38,617 bases of DNA from Desulfobacterales bacterium (GCA_030065585.1 JASJED010000074.1:1-38617); one strand, 5' to 3'; positions 27,264 through 36,301 are shown, counted from the first letter of the stretch. The notes: generated from the sequence alone by a model not told the origin. Translations and numbers: made by a program.

Positions 27264-28928
27264 ATGCACCAAGCTGCCAAGAATCATGACGTTTCGCTGG
27301 CCCCTACCGGTGAAGTCTTCGACTTGCCGTGCGAGAAAGACTATGCCGACGAATTCAACCGATTGCAGGCGCTGGCCCGGCGTCACCGCGACGACGGACG
27401 CGAGGTCGTCGTCGTCATGGGCGTCGGTTTTGTCGGCGCGGTGATGGCTGGTGTGGTGGCCGATGCATCCCCGGAAGGATCGGACCGATCGCCTTATTTC
27501 GTGATCGGTATGCAGCGGCCTTCGACGCGTTCTTACTGGAAGATACCCTATCTCAACCGTGGCCTGGCACCGGTGGAGGCCGAAGATCCTGAAGTGGCAC
27601 CTTTGATCGAGCGTTGCGTGAAAGCGAAACAAACGCTCACCGCCACTTTTACCTATGACGCCCTCCAGTTGGCGGATATCGTGGTGGTCGATGTGCAGTG
27701 CGATTATCTCAAGGAGACCCTGGGCGATGTCCGTCAGGGCTATGCCGATATCCGTGCCCTGGAAGAAAGTCTGAAGGTGATCGGTCAGAAGATTCGACCC
27801 GAATGCCTGGTGTTGATCGAGACCACGGTGCCGCCCGGAACAACGGAGTATGTGGCCAATCCAATCATCAAGAAAGCCTTCGAAGAACGCGGCCTGACCC
27901 GGGTGGAGCCTTGTCTGGCGCACAGCTTCGAGCGCGTCATGCCCGGGCGCGACTATGTGGCCTCCATCCGTGAATTCTGGCGGGTGTGCAGCGGCATCAA
28001 TGCCGACGCCCGCGATAAGGTGGTGGCCTTTCTTTCCAACGTGATTGATGTTGCCAATTTCCCCCTGACGGTGCTGGACCGCCCGATCGAGAGTGAAACC
28101 TGCAAGATTGTGGAGAATTCCTACCGAGCCACCACGCTGGCCTTTCTGGATGAGTGGAGTCTGTTTGCCGAGCGCAACGGGGTGGATCTGCACAAGGTGA
28201 TCGAGGCCATCAAGGTGCGCCCCACGCATTCGAATATGATTTTTCCCGGTCCGGGTATCGGGGGGTATTGTCTGCCCAAGGACGGGGGTTTGGGCGTCTG
28301 GGCTTACAACACGCTCATGGGATTTGAGGACGAAATTTTCAAGATGACGCCCCTGGCGATCGACATCAATGATACGCGGGCTTTACGGGTCGCACAGCTC
28401 GTCCGTGACGCCCTGCGAAACATGGGTAAAATCGTGGCGGCCTCGCGGGTCGCGCTACTGGGTGCCTCCTATCGAAAGGACGTGGGCGATACGCGTTACA
28501 GCGGCTCCGAGCTCATCGTCCGCAAACTGGCCGAAATGGGGGCCGAACTGGTGGTTCACGATCCCTACGTGAAGCGTTGGTGGGAGTTGGAAAAACAGGA
28601 CAGCTATCCCCGGCCGGGCTATTCGATGGCGCGGTTTTTCCGCAATCAGGAAGGGCTGCGCGACATTGCGGTTAAAAAACAAATGGCCGATGTGCTCAAA
28701 GGGGTGGACGCCGTTATCCTGGCTGTCGGACATCAGGCTTACCGTCAATTAGACCCGGATACCGTGATTCGGCAGACGGGCCGCCCCGCTGCCGTCATCG
28801 ACTGTTTCAACCTTTTGAATGATGATCAGATCGAACGCTATTTCGAGTTGGGCTGCGAGGTCAAAGGTCTTGGACGGGGACATGTCAAACGCATCAAGGA
28901 CCGCGTGGCCTGCCGCCCGGCCTCCTGA
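27264..28928 (+). CDS. Nucleotide-sugar dehydrogenase (UDP-Glc/GDP-Man dehydrogenase family)
   Basis: MGVGFVG, IETTVPPGTT, CKIVENSYR, PGPGIGGYCLPKD, YRKDVGDTRYS. Confidence 0.92.
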   Translation: MHQAAKNHDVSLAPTGEVFDLPCEKDYADEFNRLQALARRHRDDGREVVVVMGVGFVGAVMAGVVADASPEGSDRSPYFVIGMQRPSTRSYWKIPYLNRGLAPVEAEDPEVAPLIERCVKAKQTLTATFTYDALQLADIVVVDVQCDYLKETLGDVRQGYADIRALEESLKVIGQKIRPECLVLIETTVPPGTTEYVANPIIKKAFEERGLTRVEPCLAHSFERVMPGRDYVASIREFWRVCSGINADARDKVVAFLSNVIDVANFPLTVLDRPIESETCKIVENSYRATTLAFLDEWSLFAERNGVDLHKVIEAIKVRPTHSNMIFPGPGIGGYCLPKDGGLGVWAYNTLMGFEDEIFKMTPLAIDINDTRALRVAQLVRDALRNMGKIVAASRVALLGASYRKDVGDTRYSGSELIVRKLAEMGAELVVHDPYVKRWWELEKQDSYPRPGYSMARFFRNQEGLRDIAVKKQMADVLKGVDAVILAVGHQAYRQLDPDTVIRQTGRPAAVIDCFNLLNDDQIERYFELGCEVKGLGRGHVKRIKDRVACRPAS

Positions 28929-29001
28929 TCGACTGGATCTCCGGGATGCCGGCGGCCGTACCCCGCTGCATCTGGCCGTCTTCCGAGGCCATCGCGAAAT
29001 G
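28927..29001 (+). pseudogene. Isolated ankyrin-repeat remnant
   Basis: DRLDLRDAGGRTPLHLAVFRGHREM matches the ankyrin consensus D..G.TPLH.A...GH; no credible start and no further repeats. Confidence 0.55.
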
Positions 29002-29219
29002 AGAGGCGCCCGCGTCCGCAAACCCGATGAATTTAAAGCGGGCTGTGTTGACGCGTCTGTAGCGATCAAGGCAGGGTCTTGCGGCAAAGGGGCGGATGGA
29101 TGCGATGCCCATAGGGCCGCATCGAACTATTGGCAGACCCCATCAGAGGTGGGGGGAGTAAACGCAACGAGGGCGACCACGATTGGCAGACCGCACATTA
29201 CCCAAAGAAGCCCCGGGGC

Positions 29220-29795
29220 CTATGGATCTTCATTCAAAGCATCGTCCTGCCAATATTTGGTCCCTTTGACCGTGGCCTGAAGGGCTAAACCGCTTTCGGT
29301 CAACTGGTAAATCGTGATGTTGTCCAGCAAAGCCTCGCCGCCGACCGCGGCCCCCATATCGCTGGCCTTGGCAGCGGCATCGGCATGCCCGCCAAACTCC
29401 CAGCCGCTTTCGACAAAGCGTTTCATGGTTTCATGGTCATGGAAAATGAAGACGGCGCGGAAATCCTTGATACCCAGTCCCAGGCCGATGCCTAATTCAC
29501 CCATTTTCATATAGGTCCGGCGCCGGTCGCCATTGTTGTGGACGACACCGTAGCCGCCGCCAAAACTGGCGAGGATAAGATTGACGTTGGCATTGCTGAA
29601 GACGGCATACCCCGGGGCCGACGCAATCTGCGATTTGGCCTGGGGACGAACGCGGTAGAGATTCGAGAGGGTTTCCTGCTGCATCTCCCGAATTGCCTGA
29701 CGCTTGTTTTCCGGACGGTGTCCCTTACTGGTCGCACAGGCCGTTAAAACGCTGGCCATGGCCACAACGCACAACACGGTCTTGATCGGTTTCAT
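29220..29795 (-). CDS. YSC84/SYLF-like lipoprotein
   Basis: Lipobox LTA|C; APGYAVFSN, GGGYGVV, GLGLGIKDFRAVFIF, GWEFGGHADAAAK, GTKYWQD. Confidence 0.85.
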   Translation of the reverse strand: MKPIKTVLCVVAMASVLTACATSKGHRPENKRQAIREMQQETLSNLYRVRPQAKSQIASAPGYAVFSNANVNLILASFGGGYGVVHNNGDRRRTYMKMGELGIGLGLGIKDFRAVFIFHDHETMKRFVESGWEFGGHADAAAKASDMGAAVGGEALLDNITIYQLTESGLALQATVKGTKYWQDDALNEDP

Positions 29796-30095
29796 TTTTG
29801 ATATCCTGCCATGATCGCGATTCGTCCACCAGCGGCGGAGCCTTAGACGGTGATAACCTGCATCGTTATTCAAATATCGGGAAATCCGGTCTAGATCTTT
29901 AATGCCTGCATTTTATCCCTGAATCGTTTAAGACACTGATTATGGCATTCGGTCTAAAGGCTGATGAGCGCATGGCCTTCGCGACATCCTGGTAGAGGAC
30001 CGTCGATGGCCGCATGACGATTATGGATTGAATCATTACAAGCGGTTGGCGGCCGCGAACCGTCCACCTTTTACCCCGCATTCGAGGAGGCGCCC

Positions 30096-30425
30096 GTGGC
30101 GTATTCACATGATTTGGAAAAACGCATCGATGCCAGTGTTGGGGGTTGGGGGCTGGCCAAGAAGAAGATGTTCGGTGGGATCTGCTATCTGCTGGCGGGC
30201 AACATGTGCTTCGGAATTTACGGGGACTTCCTGATCGTGCGCCTGGGCAGCGACGCGGCGGCGAAACCCTATCTGGCCCAAGCACATGTCAAGCCCATGG
30301 ACATTACCGGACGGCCCATGAAGGGCTGGGTCATGGTGGCGCCGGCCGCCTACGACGGGCCGGAGCAGCTTCGGCCATGGCTTTCCCGGGGAACGCAGTT
30401 CGCTCAGACCCTGCCGCCCAAGTAA
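30096..30425 (+). CDS. TfoX/Sxy N-terminal domain protein
   Basis: RBS GAGGAGG plus GTG; KKMFGGICYLLAGNMCFG, GRPMKGWVMV. Confidence 0.9.
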   Translation: MAYSHDLEKRIDASVGGWGLAKKKMFGGICYLLAGNMCFGIYGDFLIVRLGSDAAAKPYLAQAHVKPMDITGRPMKGWVMVAPAAYDGPEQLRPWLSRGTQFAQTLPPK

Positions 30426-30503
30426 GCGAGGGTAAGGCCTTCATGGGAATTCAGCCCCTGTATACGCGCTTGTCATCGCCGTTCTGGTCAATGGTCGCTG
30501 TCT

Positions 30504-31226
30504 TCAACACATCCCGCCGTTGACGCCGATAACCTGTCCGGTGACATAGGCGGCGTCCTCCGAGCACAGGAAGCGCACGACGCGGGCCACCTCTTCGGGG
30601 CGGCCGATGCGCGCCATGGGGATCATCTGTTTCAGCGCGTCCACCGGTACATCGCGTATCATTTCGGTGTCGATCAGGCCGGGGGCTACCGCGTTGACCC
30701 GGATGCCCAGGCGGCCGACCTCGGCCGCCAGCGCCTTGGTGGCCCCGATCAGACCGGCCTTGGCGGCGGAATAGTTGACCTGTCCGCGGTTGCCGATCAC
30801 GCCGGCCACGGACGAGATGGTGACCACCGTGCCGCTTTTCTGGCGCATCATTTTCTTGATGACCGGCTTGGTGACGTTGTAAAAGCCCTTCAGGGCCACG
30901 TCGATCACCGTATCCCATTTGCCCGGCTTCATGGTCAGAAACAGGTCGTCGGCCGTAATACCGGCATTGTTCACCAGGGCATCGATGGTCGCGGCACGCC
31001 CGATGATGTCTTTTATAACCGGCCCGGCCTGGTCAGGATCCGCCACGTCGAAGGCCACGGTTTCGACGGTGCCGCCGATGGCTTCGATGGCCGCCGTCGT
31101 TTCGCGGGCCGTATCGGCGTTGGAATGATAGGTGGCCACGATGTGATAGCCGTTGCGGGCCAGTTCGATGGCGATGGCTTGCCCGATACCCCGGGTACCG
31201 CCGGTAATGATTGCTGTTTTTTCCAT
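30504..31226 (-). CDS. fabG: 3-oxoacyl-ACP reductase (SDR)
   Basis: TGGTRGIG, NNAGIT, GNRGQVNYSAAK, GQVIGVNGG. Confidence 0.88.
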   Translation of the reverse strand: MEKTAIITGGTRGIGQAIAIELARNGYHIVATYHSNADTARETTAAIEAIGGTVETVAFDVADPDQAGPVIKDIIGRAATIDALVNNAGITADDLFLTMKPGKWDTVIDVALKGFYNVTKPVIKKMMRQKSGTVVTISSVAGVIGNRGQVNYSAAKAGLIGATKALAAEVGRLGIRVNAVAPGLIDTEMIRDVPVDALKQMIPMARIGRPEEVARVVRFLCSEDAAYVTGQVIGVNGGMC

Positions 31227-31306
31227 CAGCGTCTCCTTGGATGACGAAATCTAATCGGTGAAGAAGGCCGGGGGGGCTGTCGTGTCAACCGGCCGGCTGA
31301 TTTCCC

Positions 31307-31430
31307 GACGGTTTCGTAAAACGTCCGATATCGGCGTTACGCTTCATGCCTCGTCATTGCAGCGTACCGAAAGTACGCTCTATTCCTCAGCATTCGCAAG
31401 CCTTGATCTCAAACCTTTTACGAAGCCGTC
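31307..31430. repeat. 124-bp dispersed inverted-repeat element, copy 3 (opposite orientation to copies 1 and 2)
   Basis: GACGGTTTCGTAAAACG...CCTTTTACGAAGCCGTC; central AGCGTAC-cgaaa-GTACGCT; followed by half-arm ATTTTACGAGTCCATC. Confidence 0.9.
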
Positions 31431-31656
31431 TGAAATATGACATTTTACGAGTCCATCTTTTCTGTATTCAGGATAATCCGCTGGGCCGATGCTGCGTTAA
31501 CCCGGCGCCATTTCTAATACGAAAGCCCTTGGTCTGTAAAGCACGGCACGGTGGTGAGGCGTCCCGCGGGCCTGCAACGCCATTGGACTTGCATAAAATT
31601 GCCAGTTGACATTTGATAGTGACGTTTTTGATCGAACCGACACGCTAAGGAGCGCC

Positions 31657-32811
31657 ATGCTATTCCAATTTCAGACCGCCGGCCGGATTTATTTCGGCTG
31701 CGGTGAAGCCGCCCGACTCGGTGCGGTCGCCGCCGAATGGGGCCGGCGGGTTTTGTTCATGACCGGTCGTCATCCCGAACGCTGGGATGATCTGCGGGCG
31801 CAGCTGGCGGCGCAGCGCCTCGATGCCACCGTCTGGCGCATCGAGACCGAGCCCACGGTCGCGATGATCGACCGGGCCGTGGCCACGGCCCGCGAGACGG
31901 GCGCCGACGTTGTGGTGGCGGTCGGGGGCGGGAGCGTCATCGATGCGGGCAAAGCCGTGGCGGCCATGCTGGCCAACGACGGCTCCCTCATGGATTATCT
32001 GGAAATCGTGGGACGGGGCCGGGCGCTCACACAGCCTTCGCAACCCTGTATTGCGGTTCCCACCACGGCCGGCACGGGGGCCGAGGTCACCCGCAACGCC
32101 GTGCTAAGCGCCGTCTCCCACAAAGTCAAAGTGAGTCTGCGCAGTCCGTTCATGATGCCCTGTGTGGCGATCGTCGATCCCGAACTCACGGTGGCCATGC
32201 CCCCTGCGATGACGGCCGGCACGGGCATGGACGCCATGACCCAGTTGATCGAGGCCCTGGTGTCCTCGAAGGCCAACCCCCTGACGGACGGGATCTGCCG
32301 GGAAGGCCTGCCCCTGGCCGTGCGCTGTCTGCCGCGGGCCTTCGATGACGGTCGCGACCTGGCGGCCCGGGAGGGGATGGCGCTGGCCAGTCTTTGCGGA
32401 GGACTGGCCCTGGCCAACGCCGGTCTGGGGGCCGTGCACGGCTTGGCCGGCCCGCTGGGCGGAATGATCCACGCGCCGCACGGTATGATCTGTGCCGCGC
32501 TGCTGCCGCCGGTCATGGCGGCCAATATCGAGGCCCTGCGACGGCAGGCGGCCGATTCGATTTATCTGGAGCGCTATCGGGAAGTGGCCCGTCTTCTGAC
32601 CGGCCGTCTGGACGCCCGGGAGAATGAGGGCGTCGACCACGTGCGTCGCCTGGTCGACCAGTTGGCGCTGCCGGGACTGTCGACCCTGGGCCTCCAGGCC
32701 TCCGACTTGGAAGCGGCCGCGGCCAAGGCGTCTCGCGCCAGCAGCATGCAGGGCAACCCGGTCGTCTTGAGCGCCGATGTGCTGGAAGGCATTTTAAGAT
32801 CGGCGTTCTGA
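31657..32811 (+). CDS. Iron-containing alcohol dehydrogenase
   Basis: RBS AAGGAG; GGGSVID, PTTAGTGAEVT, GLGAVHG, APHG. Confidence 0.93.
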   Translation: MLFQFQTAGRIYFGCGEAARLGAVAAEWGRRVLFMTGRHPERWDDLRAQLAAQRLDATVWRIETEPTVAMIDRAVATARETGADVVVAVGGGSVIDAGKAVAAMLANDGSLMDYLEIVGRGRALTQPSQPCIAVPTTAGTGAEVTRNAVLSAVSHKVKVSLRSPFMMPCVAIVDPELTVAMPPAMTAGTGMDAMTQLIEALVSSKANPLTDGICREGLPLAVRCLPRAFDDGRDLAAREGMALASLCGGLALANAGLGAVHGLAGPLGGMIHAPHGMICAALLPPVMAANIEALRRQAADSIYLERYREVARLLTGRLDARENEGVDHVRRLVDQLALPGLSTLGLQASDLEAAAAKASRASSMQGNPVVLSADVLEGILRSAF

Positions 32812-32827
32812 GACGCGCTCTACGGAC

Positions 32828-33781
32828 CTACCTATCCGCATGCCTGGGCGGCCTTTCCAGGAATGATGCGATCTGCGGCCAGAGTCGGACGACGTCTTCC
32901 GGTGTCGACCAGACAATTTCGGGATCCGATTTGAACCAGGTAAACTGACGTTTGGCATAGCGCCGGGTGTCACGTTTGATCAACGCCACGGTTTCGTCCC
33001 AGGCCGTTTTTCTGGAAAGATACTCGACGATATGGCGATAGCCGATGGCTTGCATCGGTTTGAGATCGGCATGGTAGCCGCGGTCCAGCAGCGATTGAAC
33101 CTCGGCCACCAGACCTTCCGCGACCATGGCTTCGACCCGTTGGTTGATGCGCGCGTAAAGGACGTCGCGATCGATTTCCAGGCCGATCTTGAAGGTTGTA
33201 TAGCGCTTTTGCGCAAATCCGTGGCGGCGCTGGAGTTCGGACAATGAGCGGCCAGTGGTCTCGAGGGTCTCGAGGGCGCGGATGATGCGAAAACGGTCGT
33301 TGAGGTGGATGCGGGCGGCACTTTGCGGATCGCGGCGGCGCAGTTCGGCATGCAACCCGGCCACGCCTTGCGTCTCGGCCCGCCGCGCCAGTCTTTGGCG
33401 GATCTGGGGATCAGGCCTCCGGGCAGCGAACAAGCCGTATACCAGCGCTTTGATGTAAAGGCCGGTGCCGCCGGCCACCACGGCCGGTGACGCGGCCTGC
33501 CGGAGACGGTCGATGCAGTCGGCGGCCAGGACCGCGTAGCGCACGGCGTCGAAAGACGTATCCGGATCGACCACGTCGATCATGTGATGCGGGACGGCGG
33601 CCTGTTCCTGCGGCGTTGGTTTGGCAGTGCCGATATCCATGTAACGATAGACCTGCATGGAATCGGCCCCCACGATCTGGCCCCCGATGCGTTGGGCCAG
33701 GCGAATCGCGGCGGCTGTTTTGCCGATGCCGGTCGGACCGCAGATGATGACGATGCGGGGGCGTCTAGAATCCGTGCGCAT
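32828..33781 (-). CDS. miaA: tRNA dimethylallyltransferase
   Basis: GPTGIGKT, ADSMQVY, DIGTAKP, GGTGLY, TRRYAKRQFTWF. Confidence 0.97.
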   Translation of the reverse strand: MRTDSRRPRIVIICGPTGIGKTAAAIRLAQRIGGQIVGADSMQVYRYMDIGTAKPTPQEQAAVPHHMIDVVDPDTSFDAVRYAVLAADCIDRLRQAASPAVVAGGTGLYIKALVYGLFAARRPDPQIRQRLARRAETQGVAGLHAELRRRDPQSAARIHLNDRFRIIRALETLETTGRSLSELQRRHGFAQKRYTTFKIGLEIDRDVLYARINQRVEAMVAEGLVAEVQSLLDRGYHADLKPMQAIGYRHIVEYLSRKTAWDETVALIKRDTRRYAKRQFTWFKSDPEIVWSTPEDVVRLWPQIASFLERPPRHADR

Positions 33782-33906
33782 GCCGCGCAGATAATCAGAC
33801 TGTGGGCCTAATCGCAAGCGGAATCTGGGTCGCCGCACAGCTTCCGGTCAGACCCGACACGAAGCACGTCAAGCTTTCGCGCCACTTGAAAATCAGGCTT
33901 TTTTAT

Positions 33907-33933
33907 TTGACATTAAATGGTCGATGCTATAAC
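33907..33933 (+). promoter_or_regulatory. Probable dsrC promoter
   Basis: TTGACA at 33907 and an extended -10 TGcTATAAC; the spacer is short (15 nt). Confidence 0.5.
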
Positions 33934-34016
33934 TAAACTCGAAATTAAATTAGGCTTGCAGTGAGTATAACCGGCGGGACGCCGAATAAAATTCATTTAA
34001 AGGAGGGTATGAGTAA

Positions 34017-34337
34017 ATGGCCAACGTAGAATACATGGGCAAGACGTTTGAAGTAGATGAAGACGGTTTCATCGGTAATTATGAAGATGGAAAGTGTGAA
34101 GAATGGATCCAGTACGTCAAGCAGCAAGAAGGTATCGACGAACTGAGTGAAGAACACCGCAAAGTCATCACGGTGCTGCAGGAGTACTACGAGAAAAACG
34201 GTATCGCTCCCATGGTGCGGGTCCTTTCCAAAGTCACCGGCTTCAAACTGAAACACATCTATGAGCTGTTCCCTTCAGGTCCGGGCAAGGGCGCCTGTAA
34301 AATGGCGGGTCTCCCGAAACCGACCGGCTGCGTCTAA
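34017..34337 (+). CDS. dsrC: DsrC sulfur relay protein
   Basis: RBS AAGGAGG; VDEDGF, GIAPMVR, C-terminal GPGKGACKMAGLPKPTGCV with both conserved Cys. Confidence 0.97.
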   Translation: MANVEYMGKTFEVDEDGFIGNYEDGKCEEWIQYVKQQEGIDELSEEHRKVITVLQEYYEKNGIAPMVRVLSKVTGFKLKHIYELFPSGPGKGACKMAGLPKPTGCV

Positions 34338-34375
34338 TGCTGCGGCCTTGACGGCTGTTGCTTAGAACCGATTGC

Positions 34376-34407
34376 AAGGCCCTGCCCCAGGCAGGGCCTT
34401 TTCATTT
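34376..34407 (+). terminator. Intrinsic terminator after dsrC
   Basis: AAGGCCCTGCC-cca-GGCAGGGCCTT-TTCATTT. Confidence 0.8.
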
Positions 34408-34530
34408 GACGGATTCGCAAAAAGCCCGAGAGCGGCGTTATGCTTCAGCCCTCGTCATTGCGGCGTACTTATGTACGCCTCATTCCTCGGGCTTCGCAAG
34501 CCTTGCGCTCGAACTTTTTGCGTATCCGTC
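34408..34530. repeat. 123-bp dispersed inverted-repeat element, copy 4
   Basis: GACGGATTCGCAAAAAGCCCGAG...CTCGAACTTTTTGCGTATCCGTC; central GGCGTAC-ttat-GTACGCC. Confidence 0.9.
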
Positions 34531-34596
34531 TGCAACGCCAATCTTTGCAGTTCCGTTTTCATACGTAATTCGTTTTGGTCGGGGAGGGCGCTTATC

Positions 34597-34983
34597 ATGG
34601 AATTCAAGGTCAAGAGCGGCAGCCGGACTCAGCTGATTGACATAACGTCGGATGTTCAGGCGGCCCTGCGCGAGGCCGGCGTCCGCGATGGTCTCTGTAT
34701 GATTTATGTCCCCCACACCACTGCCGCGGTGACGATCAACGAAAATGCCGATCCCACGGTCAAGTCGGATATTCTTAAAATCCTCAACCAGGTCATTCCC
34801 TTTGAAGCCAATTACGGCCATATGGAGGGCAATTCGGCGGCCCATATCAAGTCGACCCTTGTGGGGGCTTCCGAGTTGGTGGCCGTGCGCAACGGCAAAT
34901 TGCAGCTGGGCACCTGGCAGGGCATTTTTTTCTGTGAGTTCGACGGCCCCCGCCGCCGCCGCGTTCATCTGCACATGCGTTGA
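34597..34983 (+). CDS. yjbQ: YjbQ/UPF0047 family protein
   Basis: RBS GGAGG; PHTTAAVTINEN, GNSAAHIK, LGTWQGIFFCEFDGPR. Confidence 0.93.
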   Translation: MEFKVKSGSRTQLIDITSDVQAALREAGVRDGLCMIYVPHTTAAVTINENADPTVKSDILKILNQVIPFEANYGHMEGNSAAHIKSTLVGASELVAVRNGKLQLGTWQGIFFCEFDGPRRRRVHLHMR

Positions 34984-35483
34984 TGGATCGATGCCGAATA
35001 CAGGAATCCCCCATGCCCCCTAAGATAAATGATCTGATGGATGATGACGATCGACGCCTGCTGAACCGGATCCAATCGGATTTTCCGGTATCCTCCCGAC
35101 CTTTTGCGACCCTTGGCCAGGAACTGGGCATGAGCGAAGAGGAGGTTCTGGCGCGTGTCGCCGGTCTCAAAGCGGCTGGCATCATTCGACGCATCGGCGG
35201 TAATTTTTCGCCGGAAAAGCTTGGGTTCGTGAGCACGCTCTGTGCGGCCCAGGTGCCGGAGGACGAGATCGATCGGTTTGCCGAGATCGTCAATCGCTAT
35301 GCCGGCGTGACCCATAACTACCTGCGCGAAAACAGCTTCAATATCTGGTTCACTTTTATTGCGCCTTCGATGCAAGAAATCGAGGCCAATTTGGCGGCCA
35401 TCCAGGAAGCCACCGGCGTGACCCAAATCATGAACCTTCCGGCCACCCGGGTTTTTAAAATTAGGGCCAAATTCGACGTCTGA
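34983..35483 (+). CDS. ahbA: Siroheme decarboxylase alpha subunit (Lrp/AsnC-like, alternative heme pathway)
   Basis: IQSDFPVSSRPF, GIIRRIG, VSTLCAA, GVTHNYLR, NIWFT; the start could be 35013 or 35037. Confidence 0.85.
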   Translation: MDRCRIQESPMPPKINDLMDDDDRRLLNRIQSDFPVSSRPFATLGQELGMSEEEVLARVAGLKAAGIIRRIGGNFSPEKLGFVSTLCAAQVPEDEIDRFAEIVNRYAGVTHNYLRENSFNIWFTFIAPSMQEIEANLAAIQEATGVTQIMNLPATRVFKIRAKFDV

Positions 35484-36301
35484 TGGCCGCGGATCTGCGC
35501 ATTGCCGCCGTGATCACGGAAGCCCCCCTGGGGCGGTTTCAGGCGAATTTGGACCAGGCGGCCGCCTGGGTGCGTCGGACCAAAGACGAGGGCGCCCGGC
35601 TGGTGTGCTTCCCGGAAATGAATCTTTCCGGCTACAGCACCCGCGCGGCCGTGCGCCGGCTGGCCCAACCGCTGGATGGCCCTCTGGTCGACCAGATCGC
35701 GGCGCTGGCGACGGAAACCCGCATGGTGATCCTGGCCGGTCTGGTGGAGTCCGATGCCCGCCAAAGGATTTTCGCCAGCCACCTGGTGGCCTTCCCGCAC
35801 CGGCCTGTGGCGGTCTACCGCAAAACCCACGTGGCCCCCCCGGAGATGGGGATTTATACCCCCGGTCAGGCGCTGCCGCTCTTCGAGATCGACGGCTGGC
35901 GTTTCGGCATCCAGCTTTGCTACGACGCTCATTTCCCGGAACTCGCCACCCGCATGGCGCTGGACGGCGTCGATATTATTTTTTGCCCGCACGCCTCGCC
36001 GCGCGGCACACCGCAGGACAAGCTCGAATCCTGGCGGCGGCACCTGCCGGCCAGAGCTTTTGACAACGGGGTCTTTGTGGTGGCCTGCAACCAGACCGGG
36101 ACGAACGGCGAGGGGTTGCGGTTTCCAGGCTTGGCCGTGGCCATCGGGCCCTCGGGACAAATTCTGGCCCAGGATGTTTCCGGACAGGAAGGTGTCCTGT
36201 ATGTCGATCTGAAACGGGCCGATCTCGCGGCCGTGCGCCGGCACCGCATGCGCTATTTTCTACCCAACCGCCGCCCGGACCTCTATTCATCCTCGGCCTA
36301 G
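35483..36301 (+). CDS. Nitrilase-related carbon-nitrogen hydrolase
   Basis: E-K-C triad in CFPE, YRKTH and QLCYD; RRPDLY. Confidence 0.92.
   Translation: MAADLRIAAVITEAPLGRFQANLDQAAAWVRRTKDEGARLVCFPEMNLSGYSTRAAVRRLAQPLDGPLVDQIAALATETRMVILAGLVESDARQRIFASHLVAFPHRPVAVYRKTHVAPPEMGIYTPGQALPLFEIDGWRFGIQLCYDAHFPELATRMALDGVDIIFCPHASPRGTPQDKLESWRRHLPARAFDNGVFVVACNQTGTNGEGLRFPGLAVAIGPSGQILAQDVSGQEGVLYVDLKRADLAAVRRHRMRYFLPNRRPDLYSSSA

Noticed and set aside
28819-29280. 153-aa ORF as an intact ankyrin protein
   Set aside because: It overlaps real genes at both ends and contains only one ankyrin-like repeat, so I treat it as a remnant.
29955-30005. Hammerhead-like CTGATGA-GCG...CGC-GACA-TCCT...AGGA
   Set aside because: The core reads GACA rather than GAAA, the cleavage-site UH is absent and stem I cannot form.
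2069-34530. CRISPR array or tRNA interpretation of the 124-bp repeats
   Set aside because: The copies are kilobases apart with no repeat-spacer periodicity and no cas genes. They lack tRNA D-loop and T-loop signatures.
34372-34596. N-terminal extension of yjbQ in the ORF track
   Set aside because: It is a translation through the terminator and repeat copy 4. The RBS and family motifs support ATG 34597.
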